Source: Candidatus Hydrogenedentota bacterium (GTDB lineage: Bacteria; Hydrogenedentota; Hydrogenedentia; Hydrogenedentales; JAJRTN01). From it: a DNA stretch of 64,000 bases. Below the pieces are notes generated by a model. It saw only the letters and a list, made by a program, of their open reading frames with translations. It had not been told where the DNA came from and ran no database searches. Of the stretch, positions 37,913 through 50,539 are shown in pieces; position 1 is the stretch's first letter, and each line of letters starts with the position of its first letter. The stretch spans positions 21,030 through 85,029 of the forward strand of contig JAJRTN010000039.1 in the NCBI GenBank assembly GCA_024278275.1. The letters run 5' to 3'. Made by a program: the position numbers and the translations under genes.

Positions 37913-39178
37913 ATGCCGAAAGATACCTTCACCCGCGAGAACAAAGCCGCATTGCTTGACGCCGTGAACCGAACCGTCACCGAAACGGCGGTCACCGACA
38001 TTCACACCCACCTTTATGCACCGCCTTTCGGCGAGCTGCTGCTTTCCGGCGTGGATGAATTGCTCACCTACCACTACCTCATCGCCGAGTTCTTTCGTGC
38101 GTCGGACATGCCCTGCGAGGCCTTCTGGACGCTGGATAAGACCGGCCGGGCGGATGCCATCTGGCAAGTCCTGTTCATCGAACAATCGCCCCTGGGCGAG
38201 GCCTGCCGGGGCGTGCTGACGGCGTTGGACGCGCTGGGGCTCGACGTGGCCTCCCGCGACCTGGCGGCCTACCGCGCCTGGTACGCGGACCGAACACCGG
38301 AAGGGCTGATTGATACGGTGCTCGAAACCGCGCGGCTCCAGTCCGTGGTGATGACCAATGATCCCTTCGATGACCTGGAGCGGCCGGTCTGGGAGGAAGG
38401 TTACGCGGGGGATCCGCGTTTTCACGCCGCCCTGCGCATAGACCCCCTGTTGAACGATTGGGCGGGCAGCCATGGCAAACTCCAGGCCTGGGGTTACGAC
38501 GTGGACGCGGCGCTGTCCGGGAAGGCCCGGGCCGAGGTGCGGCGTTTCCTGGACGACTGGGTACGGCGCATGAAGGCGCTCTACCTGGCCGTGTCGCTCC
38601 CGCCCGAGTTCATGCTGCCCGAGGATTCGGCGCGGGCGACCCTGATTGAATCCTGCGTGCTCCCCGTGGCGCGGGATCACAACATTCCCTACGCCATGAT
38701 GGTCGGCGTGAGCCGTGGATTGAACCCGGCCCTCCGACTGGCCGGCGACGGAGTGGGCCAGGGAAGCCTGGCGCCCATCAGCTATCTTTGCGCCACCTAT
38801 CCGAAGAACAAGTTCATGACCACCTACCTCGCGCGGGAGAATCAACACGAATTGTGCGTGGTGGCGCGGAAGTTCCGCAACCTGCTCCCCTTCGGCTGCT
38901 GGTGGTTCCTGAACAACCCCAGCCTTATCGAAGAGATGACGCGCATGCGCATCGAATTGCTGGGGCCCAGCATGATCCCCCAACACTCCGACGCCCGCGT
39001 GCTGGACCAGGTGCTCTACAAGTGGGCCCACTCGCGGCGCATTATCGCCCGCGTGCTGTGTGATAAGTACAGCGACCTGGTGGATACGGGCTGGACCGTA
39101 ACCCGCGCGGAAATCACACGGGACACGGAAGCCCTCCTGGGCGGTAATTTCTGGCGCTTCCTGGAATTGGGGTTGTAG
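37913..39178 (+). CDS. Uronate (glucuronate) isomerase, amidohydrolase superfamily, Bh0493-like
   Basis: DIHTHL, LLTYHYL, MTNDPF, FGCWWF and QHSDAR motifs. Confidence 0.85.
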   Translation: MPKDTFTRENKAALLDAVNRTVTETAVTDIHTHLYAPPFGELLLSGVDELLTYHYLIAEFFRASDMPCEAFWTLDKTGRADAIWQVLFIEQSPLGEACRGVLTALDALGLDVASRDLAAYRAWYADRTPEGLIDTVLETARLQSVVMTNDPFDDLERPVWEEGYAGDPRFHAALRIDPLLNDWAGSHGKLQAWGYDVDAALSGKARAEVRRFLDDWVRRMKALYLAVSLPPEFMLPEDSARATLIESCVLPVARDHNIPYAMMVGVSRGLNPALRLAGDGVGQGSLAPISYLCATYPKNKFMTTYLARENQHELCVVARKFRNLLPFGCWWFLNNPSLIEEMTRMRIELLGPSMIPQHSDARVLDQVLYKWAHSRRIIARVLCDKYSDLVDTGWTVTRAEITRDTEALLGGNFWRFLELGL

Positions 39179-39239
39179 TCGGGTTTGCAGGCGCCATCCA
39201 CGGCGTGACTCCGCCATGCCGGTATTTTCCTGAATGTGG

Positions 39240-39259
39240 CACAGCCGCCCTCGGCTGTG
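39240..39259. terminator. GC-rich hairpin (REP or terminator) between convergent genes
   Basis: cacagccg-ccct-cggctgtg; no clear U-tract. Confidence 0.4.
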
Positions 39260-39303
39260 GGCGGTACTCGGCCCGAACCGCCCCTGGCTGTGTCAAATTC
39301 TGT

Positions 39304-39350
39304 CTCGTTCCCACGGTCCCCCGCGGGAATGCCTGTTGTGGGCGTCCCGC
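39304..39350 (+). repeat. Family B REP-like element
   Basis: ctcgttcccacggtcccccgcgggaatgcctgttgtgggcgtcccgc. Confidence 0.7.
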
Positions 39351-39363
39351 TCGCGTTTCCACC

Positions 39364-40812
39364 TTACCGAAGCAGATCCCGCGCCCGTTCGATGAATGGC
39401 CGGCGCATGATCTTGCTCCCCGCCGGGGCGATATCATCGGGCCAGGGAAAAATCCGGCGCGGGATCTTGTAGCCCGGCAATGCCTCCCCGAGCGCCTTCA
39501 TCATGCGTTCCATGGTCAGTCCGCCGCCTTCCACGAAGGCCACGGGCGTGTTACCGAAGCGTCCGTGGGGAACGGGCACGACCACCGCGCGACGCACACC
39601 GGGCAGACGGCACAGGGCCCGCTCGATCTCTTCGGGCTGAATGTTCTCTCCTCCCGCGATGAATTGGTTGTCGCTGCGGCCCGTGACGATGAGCCGTCCC
39701 CGCGCATCGATCCTTCCCAAATCGCCCGTGGCGAAGTAACCGTCCCGGTCGAAAGGCCGTTCAAGCCCCTCGCGGTGATAGTAGCCGAGGAAGCGCGTGG
39801 GTCCGCCCACGAGGAGCCACCCCTCCGCGTCAATGCGCAGGCTTTCCGGGTGCAGCGGATACCCCGACGTCAGCAGCGTGTCCAGGTCCGCCCCCGGCGG
39901 CGTGGTGGCCACCTGCGACGCGGCTTCCGTAAGACCATAGGTGGTGTGAATGGGCAGACCCGCGTCATGGGCGTCACGCAGAAGTCCCTCCGGGATGGCA
40001 CTGCCCCCCAGGAGGATGGCCTTCATCCGCCGCAAGCGGTCCACGGCGGATTCTTCCTCCAAGAGGCGATGCAGTTGCGCCGCCACGAGGGATACATGGG
40101 TGACGCCTTCCAGCGCGTCGGACAGCGTCACACCCGGCGCGGGGAGAGCCACGGTTGCCCCCGCCACGAGACAGCGGAACAGCACGCCCAGCCCGGCGAC
40201 ATGAAAAAGCGGCAGCGACAGCAGCCAGGCATCCCCCGGCGCGAGGGGAATGTTTTTGTTGGAGAGCCGGGCGCTCTCGCGGAGGTTGCCGAAGCTAAGC
40301 AGCGCGGCCTTGGGCGTGCCCGTGCTGCCGGAGGTCAGGACGAGTACCGCCGGTTGGTCCTCCGGCAAGGTGACCGGCCCGGGTGCCACGGCACGCCCGT
40401 CGAAGGCGGGGTATTCTTCCATCGGTGGCTTGCAGCCCACGTCCCGGCAAATCCGCAGCACGTATTCCCCGGGGAAGGCGGGATCCAGCGGCAGGGCGAT
40501 TCCCCCGGCACGGATGATGGACAGAAGGGTCACCAGCGCTCCCACCCCATCGCCGTCATTCCCGCGAACGCGGGAATCCACGGCGTTGGATTGACTGCCT
40601 GAAGCCCGGGATGGATCCTCGCTTTCGCGGGGATGGCGGTGCGCTGAAGCGCACCCTACGGCCACCACCTCGCCGGGCGTGATGCGCGGTTCCCGCCCCT
40701 GCACCATGCCCTCCAATTGGGCGGATGTGTATTCCCCCGTGCCGGTGCGCAGCGCCACGGCATTGGGATGTTTCGCGGCCATGGCGGCCAGGGGACAGGG
40801 AACGTCACTCAT
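39364..40812 (-). CDS. menE: o-succinylbenzoate-CoA ligase
   Basis: TSGSTGTPK, LPLFHVAG, YGLTE, TGDLG and GGENI motifs; downstream of menA and menC. Confidence 0.9.
   Translation of the reverse strand: MSDVPCPLAAMAAKHPNAVALRTGTGEYTSAQLEGMVQGREPRITPGEVVAVGCASAHRHPRESEDPSRASGSQSNAVDSRVRGNDGDGVGALVTLLSIIRAGGIALPLDPAFPGEYVLRICRDVGCKPPMEEYPAFDGRAVAPGPVTLPEDQPAVLVLTSGSTGTPKAALLSFGNLRESARLSNKNIPLAPGDAWLLSLPLFHVAGLGVLFRCLVAGATVALPAPGVTLSDALEGVTHVSLVAAQLHRLLEEESAVDRLRRMKAILLGGSAIPEGLLRDAHDAGLPIHTTYGLTEAASQVATTPPGADLDTLLTSGYPLHPESLRIDAEGWLLVGGPTRFLGYYHREGLERPFDRDGYFATGDLGRIDARGRLIVTGRSDNQFIAGGENIQPEEIERALCRLPGVRRAVVVPVPHGRFGNTPVAFVEGGGLTMERMMKALGEALPGYKIPRRIFPWPDDIAPAGSKIMRRPFIERARDLLR
40553..40639. 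repeat. Family A palindromic element inserted in-frame in menE
   Basis: 87 bp, ccgtcattcccgcgaacgcgggaatccacgg ... tggatcctcgctttcgcggggatggcgg. Confidence 0.85.
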
Positions 40813-40813
40813 G

Positions 40814-41863
40814 TCACACGATGCGCTCCAGCTTGCTCATATCCACCCGCCGCGCCGCGTCCGCGAGGTCTTCGATATTTACCAGGCCCGGCGCCAGGGG
40901 CAGGCGTTCCTCCAACACATCCTCCGCGAGCCAGGAATAGGTGTCCAGACCGGCGGGTTGGTCCGGGTCGAAAACGAAAGCGAGCCCCGCGGCCGCCGCC
41001 ATACCCACACCGGATTCAAAGGAGGCGCTCACGCAGAGGGGAATCTCTTCATCGATTTCCGGCATGTCCTCCAGCCGCATCATGGTGGGCTTATGCACCA
41101 GGCCTGACGCCCCCTCCAAGATATCCCTTCCGACCGGCCCGGCTTCCCGAAGTGTTTCGTCCAGCGCATAGGGAATGCCGCACTTCGTATGGAGTTCTGA
41201 AAGTCGTGTCCAGTCCGCCAACGGCTCCTCCACGTATTCAATGGGCCACTCCCGCGCTTGGTTCCAGAATGCTTCCGCTTCGTCGAATCCCCATGCCCGG
41301 TTGGCATCGATCCGCAAGTTCCAGCCCGGACCGAGATGCTTCATCACCGTGGCGACACGTCCGGCGGCAGCATCTGGTCCCGCATCACCCACTTTGAGCT
41401 TGGCCGTGCGGCAACCTTCCGGGGACTGCCCCATGGCTTGAGCCTTCGCCGCGATGGTGTCGTCATTCCCGGCGAGCAGTGCCTGCACCTGAATCACGGG
41501 GTCGTGGTCGGGGTGCATCGATCCGGCCGTATTGCCCAGTGGGTGGTAAGCGCACGTGTAGTTCCAGGTCACGCCGAACAGGGCGAAGGCCACCGACGGA
41601 GACCATTGTCCATCTTTCCGCTCCCGTGTGTATTCCTCCGAATGACACACTTCTTCCAGTTCCGCGGCGGCGGTCTCGATGTTCTCCACGCTGAAGCCCG
41701 GCAACGGCGCGGCCTCGCCCCAGCCGCTAACGCCTCTCCGATCCGTCATGCGAAGCAGCAATCCCTCACGGGTGTGGAGGGTCACTCCGGGAAGGCGCAG
41801 GGGTGCTCTGAGCGGAAGCCGGTAGCGGAAGACCGCGCAATCAAAGCCCTTCACAACAGCCAC
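40814..41863 (-). CDS. menC: o-succinylbenzoate synthase
   Basis: REG, GWGEAAPLPGFS, KLKVG, RIDAN, EEP, ALDE and GLDT enolase-family motifs. Confidence 0.92.
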   Translation of the reverse strand: MAVVKGFDCAVFRYRLPLRAPLRLPGVTLHTREGLLLRMTDRRGVSGWGEAAPLPGFSVENIETAAAELEEVCHSEEYTRERKDGQWSPSVAFALFGVTWNYTCAYHPLGNTAGSMHPDHDPVIQVQALLAGNDDTIAAKAQAMGQSPEGCRTAKLKVGDAGPDAAAGRVATVMKHLGPGWNLRIDANRAWGFDEAEAFWNQAREWPIEYVEEPLADWTRLSELHTKCGIPYALDETLREAGPVGRDILEGASGLVHKPTMMRLEDMPEIDEEIPLCVSASFESGVGMAAAAGLAFVFDPDQPAGLDTYSWLAEDVLEERLPLAPGLVNIEDLADAARRVDMSKLERIV

Positions 41864-42741
41864 CCCGCCGAGAACAGCACCGCGTACAGCAAGAGGAGTT
41901 TGCCCGTTGCCGCGAGGGTGTTGTTCAGTTGTTCACCATCGGTGGAGGAAAAGACCGCGCGCAGGGCGGGGATTGCCGCCGGGACCGAGAGCGCCGCCAG
42001 CAACGCGCCTGGGTGTGTGCCGGGATACAGGCCCAGGTACAGGGGAATGGCAATGCCCGCAAGCAGAACACAAGCCAGGTATTCCACGCGGGCAAAGGTT
42101 CGGCCAAAACGTACGGCGAGCGTGCGTTTGCCGGATCTCCGGTCGCCCTCCATGTCGCGGAGGTTGTTGACCGTGAGGATGGCGGTGGACCACAGCCCCG
42201 CCGCAATACCCGCAATGACGGCGTCTTGTGTCACCATCCGGGCCTGCACGTAGTAGGTCCCCGCCACCGCCACGGGACCGAAGAAAACCAGCACGAAGAG
42301 ATCGCCCAGGCCAAGGTAGCCCAGGGGAAAGGGGCCGCCCGTGTAGAGCACGCCACAGGCAATCGACACGAGGCCGATGATTAAAATCGGCATGCCGCCG
42401 CGATGGATGAGGTAGCCCCCCGGCAGGAGCGCCAGGGCAAAGACGATGACCGTGGCGGCCAGCATGGTGCGCGGCGAGACCAGCCCCGCCTGTGTCGCCC
42501 GCAGGGGACCGACACGCTCCTCCGTGTCCGTGCCTTTCACAAAGTCGAAATAGTCGTTGGCGAAATTGGTGCCGACCTGGATCAGCAGGGCGCCCAAGAG
42601 CGCGCACAACAAGGCGGGCGCGTGAAAGGCATGGTCCACCCGTGCCATCGCGCCCCCCATGATGACAGGGGCCATCCCCGCGGCCAACGTCTTCGGCCGC
42701 GCGGCGAGAATCCAGGTTTTCAAGGTTGAAGTATGCCGCAT
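41851..42741 (-). CDS. menA: 1,4-dihydroxy-2-naphthoate polyprenyltransferase
   Basis: ARPKTL, NFANDYFD, YTGGP..GY.GLGD and NNLRD...D...GKRTLAV. Confidence 0.95.
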   Translation of the reverse strand: MRHTSTLKTWILAARPKTLAAGMAPVIMGGAMARVDHAFHAPALLCALLGALLIQVGTNFANDYFDFVKGTDTEERVGPLRATQAGLVSPRTMLAATVIVFALALLPGGYLIHRGGMPILIIGLVSIACGVLYTGGPFPLGYLGLGDLFVLVFFGPVAVAGTYYVQARMVTQDAVIAGIAAGLWSTAILTVNNLRDMEGDRRSGKRTLAVRFGRTFARVEYLACVLLAGIAIPLYLGLYPGTHPGALLAALSVPAAIPALRAVFSSTDGEQLNNTLAATGKLLLLYAVLFSAGWLL

Positions 42742-43010
42742 CGGAATGGCACATTCTAACGTTTTGGGACGCCATATTCACGCGGCCCGCGGACAGACCG
42801 AACCTGCCGCTCTGCCTGGTGTCTCGCCGTGGCCCGTGGCGCAAGTATTCCCACGCAACCCGCGGGCGCGGAAAGACCCCGCCCTTTCGTAAACGCCGTG
42901 AGCGCAACGGCCTTGACACGGACCTGCCGCAAGGGTTAGAACCAACGGCATTCCGGGCGGGTTGCCCGGCCTCCTTTACACACCTCGGACAGAATCGAAA
43001 GGATTTCGTG

Positions 43011-44105
43011 ATGAAGCACATGATGGTGGCCGTGATGGTATTGATGGCATTTGCCGGGTTGCACGCCGGGGCGGCGGATGTCGAGGAGGGGGCGTGGATT
43101 AATCTCTTCGACGGCGAAAGCACTTACGGATGGACGGCCTTCGGCGATGTGCCGTGGTCCGTGGCGGACGGCGTGTTGACCGGCACGGACGGCTGGAGCG
43201 GTTGGTTGGCGAGTACCTGTCCCTTCCAGGACTTCGAATTGATCGCCGAGGTCAGGGTCAGCGCCGGGGCTTCCATGGGACTCGTGGTACGGGGCGGTCT
43301 CGAAGGCCACCCGTCGGAGAATGGTTCGGCCATGCTCCTCATCAAGGGCAAGAAGGGCCGCGACTGGCGCGAGGTGCGCATTGTCGCCGTGGGCAACGAC
43401 CTTCAGGCCACGGTGGACGGCAAGAAAGTCGCCCTATCCGCCACGCGTCACCGTGGGCACGTGGGTATTCTCTACCAGCGGGGCCACGGGCAGCACGGGG
43501 CGCCGGTCGTGGCGGTGAAGTCCATGAAGCTTCGGCCCCTGGGGATGCAATCACTTTTCAACGGCAAGGATCTCGACGGTTGGAACATCATCCCCGGCCA
43601 TGATTCTAAGTTCAACGTGGTGGACGGCGCCATCAACATCACCAATGGCAACGGCCAGATCGAGACCGCGGGGACGTACCGCGATTTCCTGCTCCAGCTC
43701 GACATCATTTCCAATGGCGACCACCTGAACAGCGGCGTGTTTTTCCGGACCCCCGTGGGGGTGTTCTGGCGTGGCTACGAATCGCAGGTCCGGAACCAGT
43801 GGGCCGGTGACGACCGCGCCAAACCGGTTGATTTCGGCACCGGCGGCCTCTACGGCATCCGTCCCGCGCGCAAGGTCGTGTCCACCGATCACAAGTGGTT
43901 CACCAAGACCATCATCAGTGACGGCAACCATTTCGCCGTATGGATTGACGGCTACCTGGTTTCTGATTTCTACGACATGCGCCCCGTTTCGGACAATAGC
44001 GACGGCAAGAACGCCTACGTCCCGGAGCCCGGCACCATCAATCTACAGGGCCATGACCCGACCACGAACCTGTCCTTCAAGAACATCCATATCCAGGTGT
44101 ATTGA
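43011..44105 (+). CDS. Secreted protein with two DUF1080 (3-keto-disaccharide hydrolase-like) domains
   Basis: Signal peptide; LFDG..GW and LFNGKDLDGW, NSGVFFR, YESQ and INLQGH. Confidence 0.88.
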   Translation: MKHMMVAVMVLMAFAGLHAGAADVEEGAWINLFDGESTYGWTAFGDVPWSVADGVLTGTDGWSGWLASTCPFQDFELIAEVRVSAGASMGLVVRGGLEGHPSENGSAMLLIKGKKGRDWREVRIVAVGNDLQATVDGKKVALSATRHRGHVGILYQRGHGQHGAPVVAVKSMKLRPLGMQSLFNGKDLDGWNIIPGHDSKFNVVDGAINITNGNGQIETAGTYRDFLLQLDIISNGDHLNSGVFFRTPVGVFWRGYESQVRNQWAGDDRAKPVDFGTGGLYGIRPARKVVSTDHKWFTKTIISDGNHFAVWIDGYLVSDFYDMRPVSDNSDGKNAYVPEPGTINLQGHDPTTNLSFKNIHIQVY

Positions 44106-44133
44106 GCGGTACGGGGAACAGGAAAACCCGAAA

Positions 44134-44170
44134 CACGTGCCACGGATGGACAGGCCGTCCGTGGCACGTG
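44134..44170. terminator. Strong hairpin between convergent genes (bidirectional terminator or REP)
   Basis: Perfect 13-bp inverted repeat cacgtgccacgga / tccgtggcacgtg. Confidence 0.55.
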
Positions 44171-44180
44171 GCGTAACATC

Positions 44181-44645
44181 TTACGCCGGGTTCTTCCCAA
44201 CCAGACGCAGGAACAGGCGGTGGCTGCCGTGCAGGGGACCGGGCTTCGGCAGGAACATCATGGGGCAATAGCCGGGGATGAGTTGAATCCCGTGCTGCTC
44301 GCAGAAAGCCTCGGCCGCTTTGGTACCGGACGAGGGGCCGTTGAAGCCGTAAAGCCAGACGTGCTTCACGCCCGCCTCCGCGCATTCGGCCAGCAGGGCC
44401 TCGCAGTCCTTGCGGGAGGTCATCAGCAAGGCCGCCTCCGCCGGCGGCTCCACCCTGCCCAGTTTGTCGAATGCCGCGATGCCTTCGATTTCGTCCGCCT
44501 TGGGGTTCACGGGCACCATGTCATAGCCGTGTTTCCGGAAGGCGCGGAACAGGATGCGGCTGAAATCATGCTTCTTCCGCGACACGCCGACCATGGCGAT
44601 ACGCCGGTGTTCGAGAAAAGCGTCGATTTGTTTCTGTTCAATCAT
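44181..44645 (-). CDS. CoA-binding protein (YccU-like)
   Basis: IAMVGVSR, PVNP, GVKHVW and CPMMFL. Confidence 0.85.
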   Translation of the reverse strand: MIEQKQIDAFLEHRRIAMVGVSRKKHDFSRILFRAFRKHGYDMVPVNPKADEIEGIAAFDKLGRVEPPAEAALLMTSRKDCEALLAECAEAGVKHVWLYGFNGPSSGTKAAEAFCEQHGIQLIPGYCPMMFLPKPGPLHGSHRLFLRLVGKNPA

Positions 44646-44751
44646 GGCGAACCTCCTGATTACGGGCTGTCGCCCCTGGCCTTCCCACACGCGCCGGGTG
44701 CCACTGGCACCCATAAAATGCAACCTGTCTTCCTTCTTGCCGGAGCCTGTC

Positions 44752-47916
<3,165 letters not shown>

Positions 47917-47973
47917 TTACCCCGGAAGACCGGAAAATGTACACGGTGGGCGACGTGGGAAGGTGGAAGCAGG

Positions 47974-48002
47974 AAAAAACCGGCCCGCCGAAGCGGACCG
48001 GT
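47974..48002 (-). terminator. Rho-independent terminator after the DUF1559 pilin gene
   Basis: Minus strand accggtccgc-TTCG-gcgggccgg-TTTTTT, with a cUUCGg tetraloop and U-tract. Confidence 0.85.
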
Positions 48003-48032
48003 CGGTATTCATGTCATGCTGTGGCCTGGTGA

Positions 48033-49076
48033 TCAGCCATAGCCACCGAAGACGGCAATCCAGAAGGACAGGTTGTTGCCCACGGCACCCACGTCCGGGT
48101 TGATCTGGTTGGAGTTGGCGACGGGGTACTTGCTCTTGTACTTGATGAACTCCACGTGGCCATCCATGTAGAGGCAATTGGAGCCGCCCGGCACATGGTT
48201 GAACTTGGACACGCCACTCTCGTTGCGTCCCACGGCGTCCCAAATGCCCTTGTCGGACCAGGCGTCAAACATGACGGGTAACTGGCTTTCGGCCTTGGCC
48301 CCGGCCGCGGGGTTGTTAATGTCCGTGATGAAGAAACGGGCGATGCCTTCCTGCAGCGGCTGATAGGAGTTGGGAAGGGGGCCGCCGTCATCATCGACGT
48401 CTCCAAGAATCTTGCGGCTCGTAATGCCGTTGTGACCGGGCCACGAGGAAATGTCATAGAGCACGTCGGGCGCGGGGTCGGGCCAGTTGAACACACAGCC
48501 TTGCGGCTCATAGAAAGAGGGCGGCCAGGTCGGCACCGAGTTGATGAACGACTCGGTGAAGATGAAGTTGTAGTTCGACTGCACGTCGAGCAACTGCGAC
48601 GCCGTGGTCGTCGCCATGGGGATATAGATGTAAGAAATGGGGAGGGACAGCATGAAATCCAGGCACGGCGTTTGGCTGGCACCCGCCGACTTCTGGCTGA
48701 TCTCCTGGATACGTCCGGCATAGTCATCCACCTGGAAGGCCGGCGCCCAATAGTCGCCGCCGCCATCCGAAGGACACCGGGCGATGGACGGATCCGTCCA
48801 GTACTCGGGATAGAGCGCCTGGCCCTCGAAATTGAGCGTTCCCGTGGTGGTCGAGAGGAACACGGTGGTCGCATGACGCGGGAACTTGCCCTTGCTTTCG
48901 CCCGCGTACATCTTGAAGATGAGGCCGAACTGTTTCAGGTTATTGGCGCACGACGCACGCCGTGCCGCTTCCCGTGCCCGCGCGAGCGCCGGCAGCAGAA
49001 TCGCGGCGAGGATGCCGATGATGGCGATCACCACCAGCAGTTCGATAAGGGTAAACCCTCGTTGCCTTTTTCGCAT
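48033..49076 (-). CDS. DUF1559-family prepilin-type protein with a C-terminal H-X9-DG-like motif
   Basis: [59 protein letters not shown] (H-X10-DG here). Confidence 0.93.
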   Translation of the reverse strand: MRKRQRGFTLIELLVVIAIIGILAAILLPALARAREAARRASCANNLKQFGLIFKMYAGESKGKFPRHATTVFLSTTTGTLNFEGQALYPEYWTDPSIARCPSDGGGDYWAPAFQVDDYAGRIQEISQKSAGASQTPCLDFMLSLPISYIYIPMATTTASQLLDVQSNYNFIFTESFINSVPTWPPSFYEPQGCVFNWPDPAPDVLYDISSWPGHNGITSRKILGDVDDDGGPLPNSYQPLQEGIARFFITDINNPAAGAKAESQLPVMFDAWSDKGIWDAVGRNESGVSKFNHVPGGSNCLYMDGHVEFIKYKSKYPVANSNQINPDVGAVGNNLSFWIAVFGGYG

Positions 49077-49160
49077 TGCTTATTCTCCTTGTTTTCATGC
49101 CTTTGTAACACGGGACGGGATCAACAGGAGCCCATTCCGGCAACAACTGTTGCTCCAGTT

Positions 49161-49189
49161 AGCCTAGCATGGGTCCCCTTTTAAGTCAA
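49161..49189 (-). promoter_or_regulatory. Sigma70 promoter for the DUF1559 gene
   Basis: TTGACT-17 bp-TAGGCT with an extended TG. Confidence 0.6.
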
Positions 49190-49236
49190 GCCAATGTAAA
49201 TATAGTTATAACAACCACTTACCTGTATCTTTCCAC

Positions 49237-49265
49237 TTGCCACGAAGAAGGATATATGTTAGGCT
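49237..49265 (+). promoter_or_regulatory. Sigma70 promoter for the GntR/LacI regulator
   Basis: TTGCCA-17 bp-TAGGCT with an extended TG. Confidence 0.6.
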
Positions 49266-49345
49266 AAAGCCAAAGGGGAGGGCGTTAATCCCCTGAAACG
49301 CGCCATTTGGGCACTACTGTTGCATCACTTGACGGAGCCGCCGCC

Positions 49346-50464
49346 ATGGGACGGACCAAATCGAGCCAGATCGCCGAGGCGATTCTGCGCGACTATATTC
49401 ACCATGGCCCGTTGTCCCCCGGTACACGGTTGCCGAGTGTCCGTGATTTGCAGCGGGTATATAACACGTCCAGTACGGCGGTCTCCCATGCGCTGAGCAT
49501 GCTTGAGGCCCAGGGGTTGATCTGGAAACACCACGGCAAAGGCTGCTTTGTCGCGGAGGCCCGAAAAAACGAACCGTCCGTGGCCCGCTCCGACACGATA
49601 GGGCTCGTCATTCCCTTGCCCGCCAGCGAAAACCTGCTGATGCGCCTTTTCGTGGGCGTGGAAGGCGTGTGCAATCGCGCCGGCTACACCCTGATGGTCG
49701 GCGTCAGCGGGTGGAAATATGCGCAAGAGCGGGAACAGGTGCGCCGTCTCGAAGAAGCGGGGTGCAAAGCCATCGTGGTGAATCCCGTGTTCCGGCTGCG
49801 CGAGCATTACGGCGACGACTACCTGGTCCAACGGGAAGGGGGTGTTCCCCTGGTATTGGTGGATATGGCGCCGGATGACTATCCCCACTCGCGGGTGCTT
49901 TTCGATAATTACCGTGCGGGCTATGAGATGACCCGGCTTCTCTTGTCGCGGGGTCACGAGCATATCGCTTTCATGAAGACCTGTTCCCCGGAAGGCGAAT
50001 TGCTGCACCGTTCCAACCATGAACGGTTCGAGGGGTATATGGACGCGATGCAGGAAACAGGACATGCCGTCCGTGACGGGGATGTATGGCACATTCCCTC
50101 CACGCCCTGGTACGACATGGCCGATATATGCCGGTGTCTCCGCGCGTGGCGAGAGCAGTCTGAGCGGGCCACGGCGGTGATCACTATCGAGGATGCTTGC
50201 GCCGCGGGCACGGTGGCCGAAGCCCGGCACCTGCACATTGACGTTCCCACGGACCTGGCCGTGGCAGGCTTCGACAACCTGCCCATGGGCGAATCGGTCC
50301 ATCCCCCCTTCCCCACCACCCAGGCGGATTTCGCCCTGGCCGGCGAGGTGGCCGCACGTTTGGCGCTTCGCCACATCGCGAGGAAGCTGCCGCAACCCGT
50401 GTCCTATCTGCTGCCGGTGCCCCTGGTCCCGCGTGACGTACCCGTGCGGGCCGCATCACGCTGA
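49346..50464 (+). CDS. AraR-type regulator (GntR wHTH + LacI-type effector domain)
   Basis: PGTRLPSVRDL...GKGCFV N-terminus; DNYRAG, GHEHIA and VAGFDN. Confidence 0.9.
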   Translation: MGRTKSSQIAEAILRDYIHHGPLSPGTRLPSVRDLQRVYNTSSTAVSHALSMLEAQGLIWKHHGKGCFVAEARKNEPSVARSDTIGLVIPLPASENLLMRLFVGVEGVCNRAGYTLMVGVSGWKYAQEREQVRRLEEAGCKAIVVNPVFRLREHYGDDYLVQREGGVPLVLVDMAPDDYPHSRVLFDNYRAGYEMTRLLLSRGHEHIAFMKTCSPEGELLHRSNHERFEGYMDAMQETGHAVRDGDVWHIPSTPWYDMADICRCLRAWREQSERATAVITIEDACAAGTVAEARHLHIDVPTDLAVAGFDNLPMGESVHPPFPTTQADFALAGEVAARLALRHIARKLPQPVSYLLPVPLVPRDVPVRAASR

Positions 50465-50539
50465 GTTCGGCGAAGGAAAGACCAGGAACGAAGCAGTGAC
50501 AGCAAGGGGGAGATGACTACCTCGATAGGAAAGGATCCC

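Noticed and set aside
8639..40639. Palindromic repeats as a CRISPR array or integron attC sites
   Set aside because: They are dispersed rather than regularly spaced with unique spacers. No cas or integrase gene is present, and the ends do not fit RYYYAAC/GTTRRRY.
41610..41650. Possible second in-frame repeat in menC (CHSEE, gtcattc)
   Set aside because: Only about 7 bp match family A and there is no second arm.
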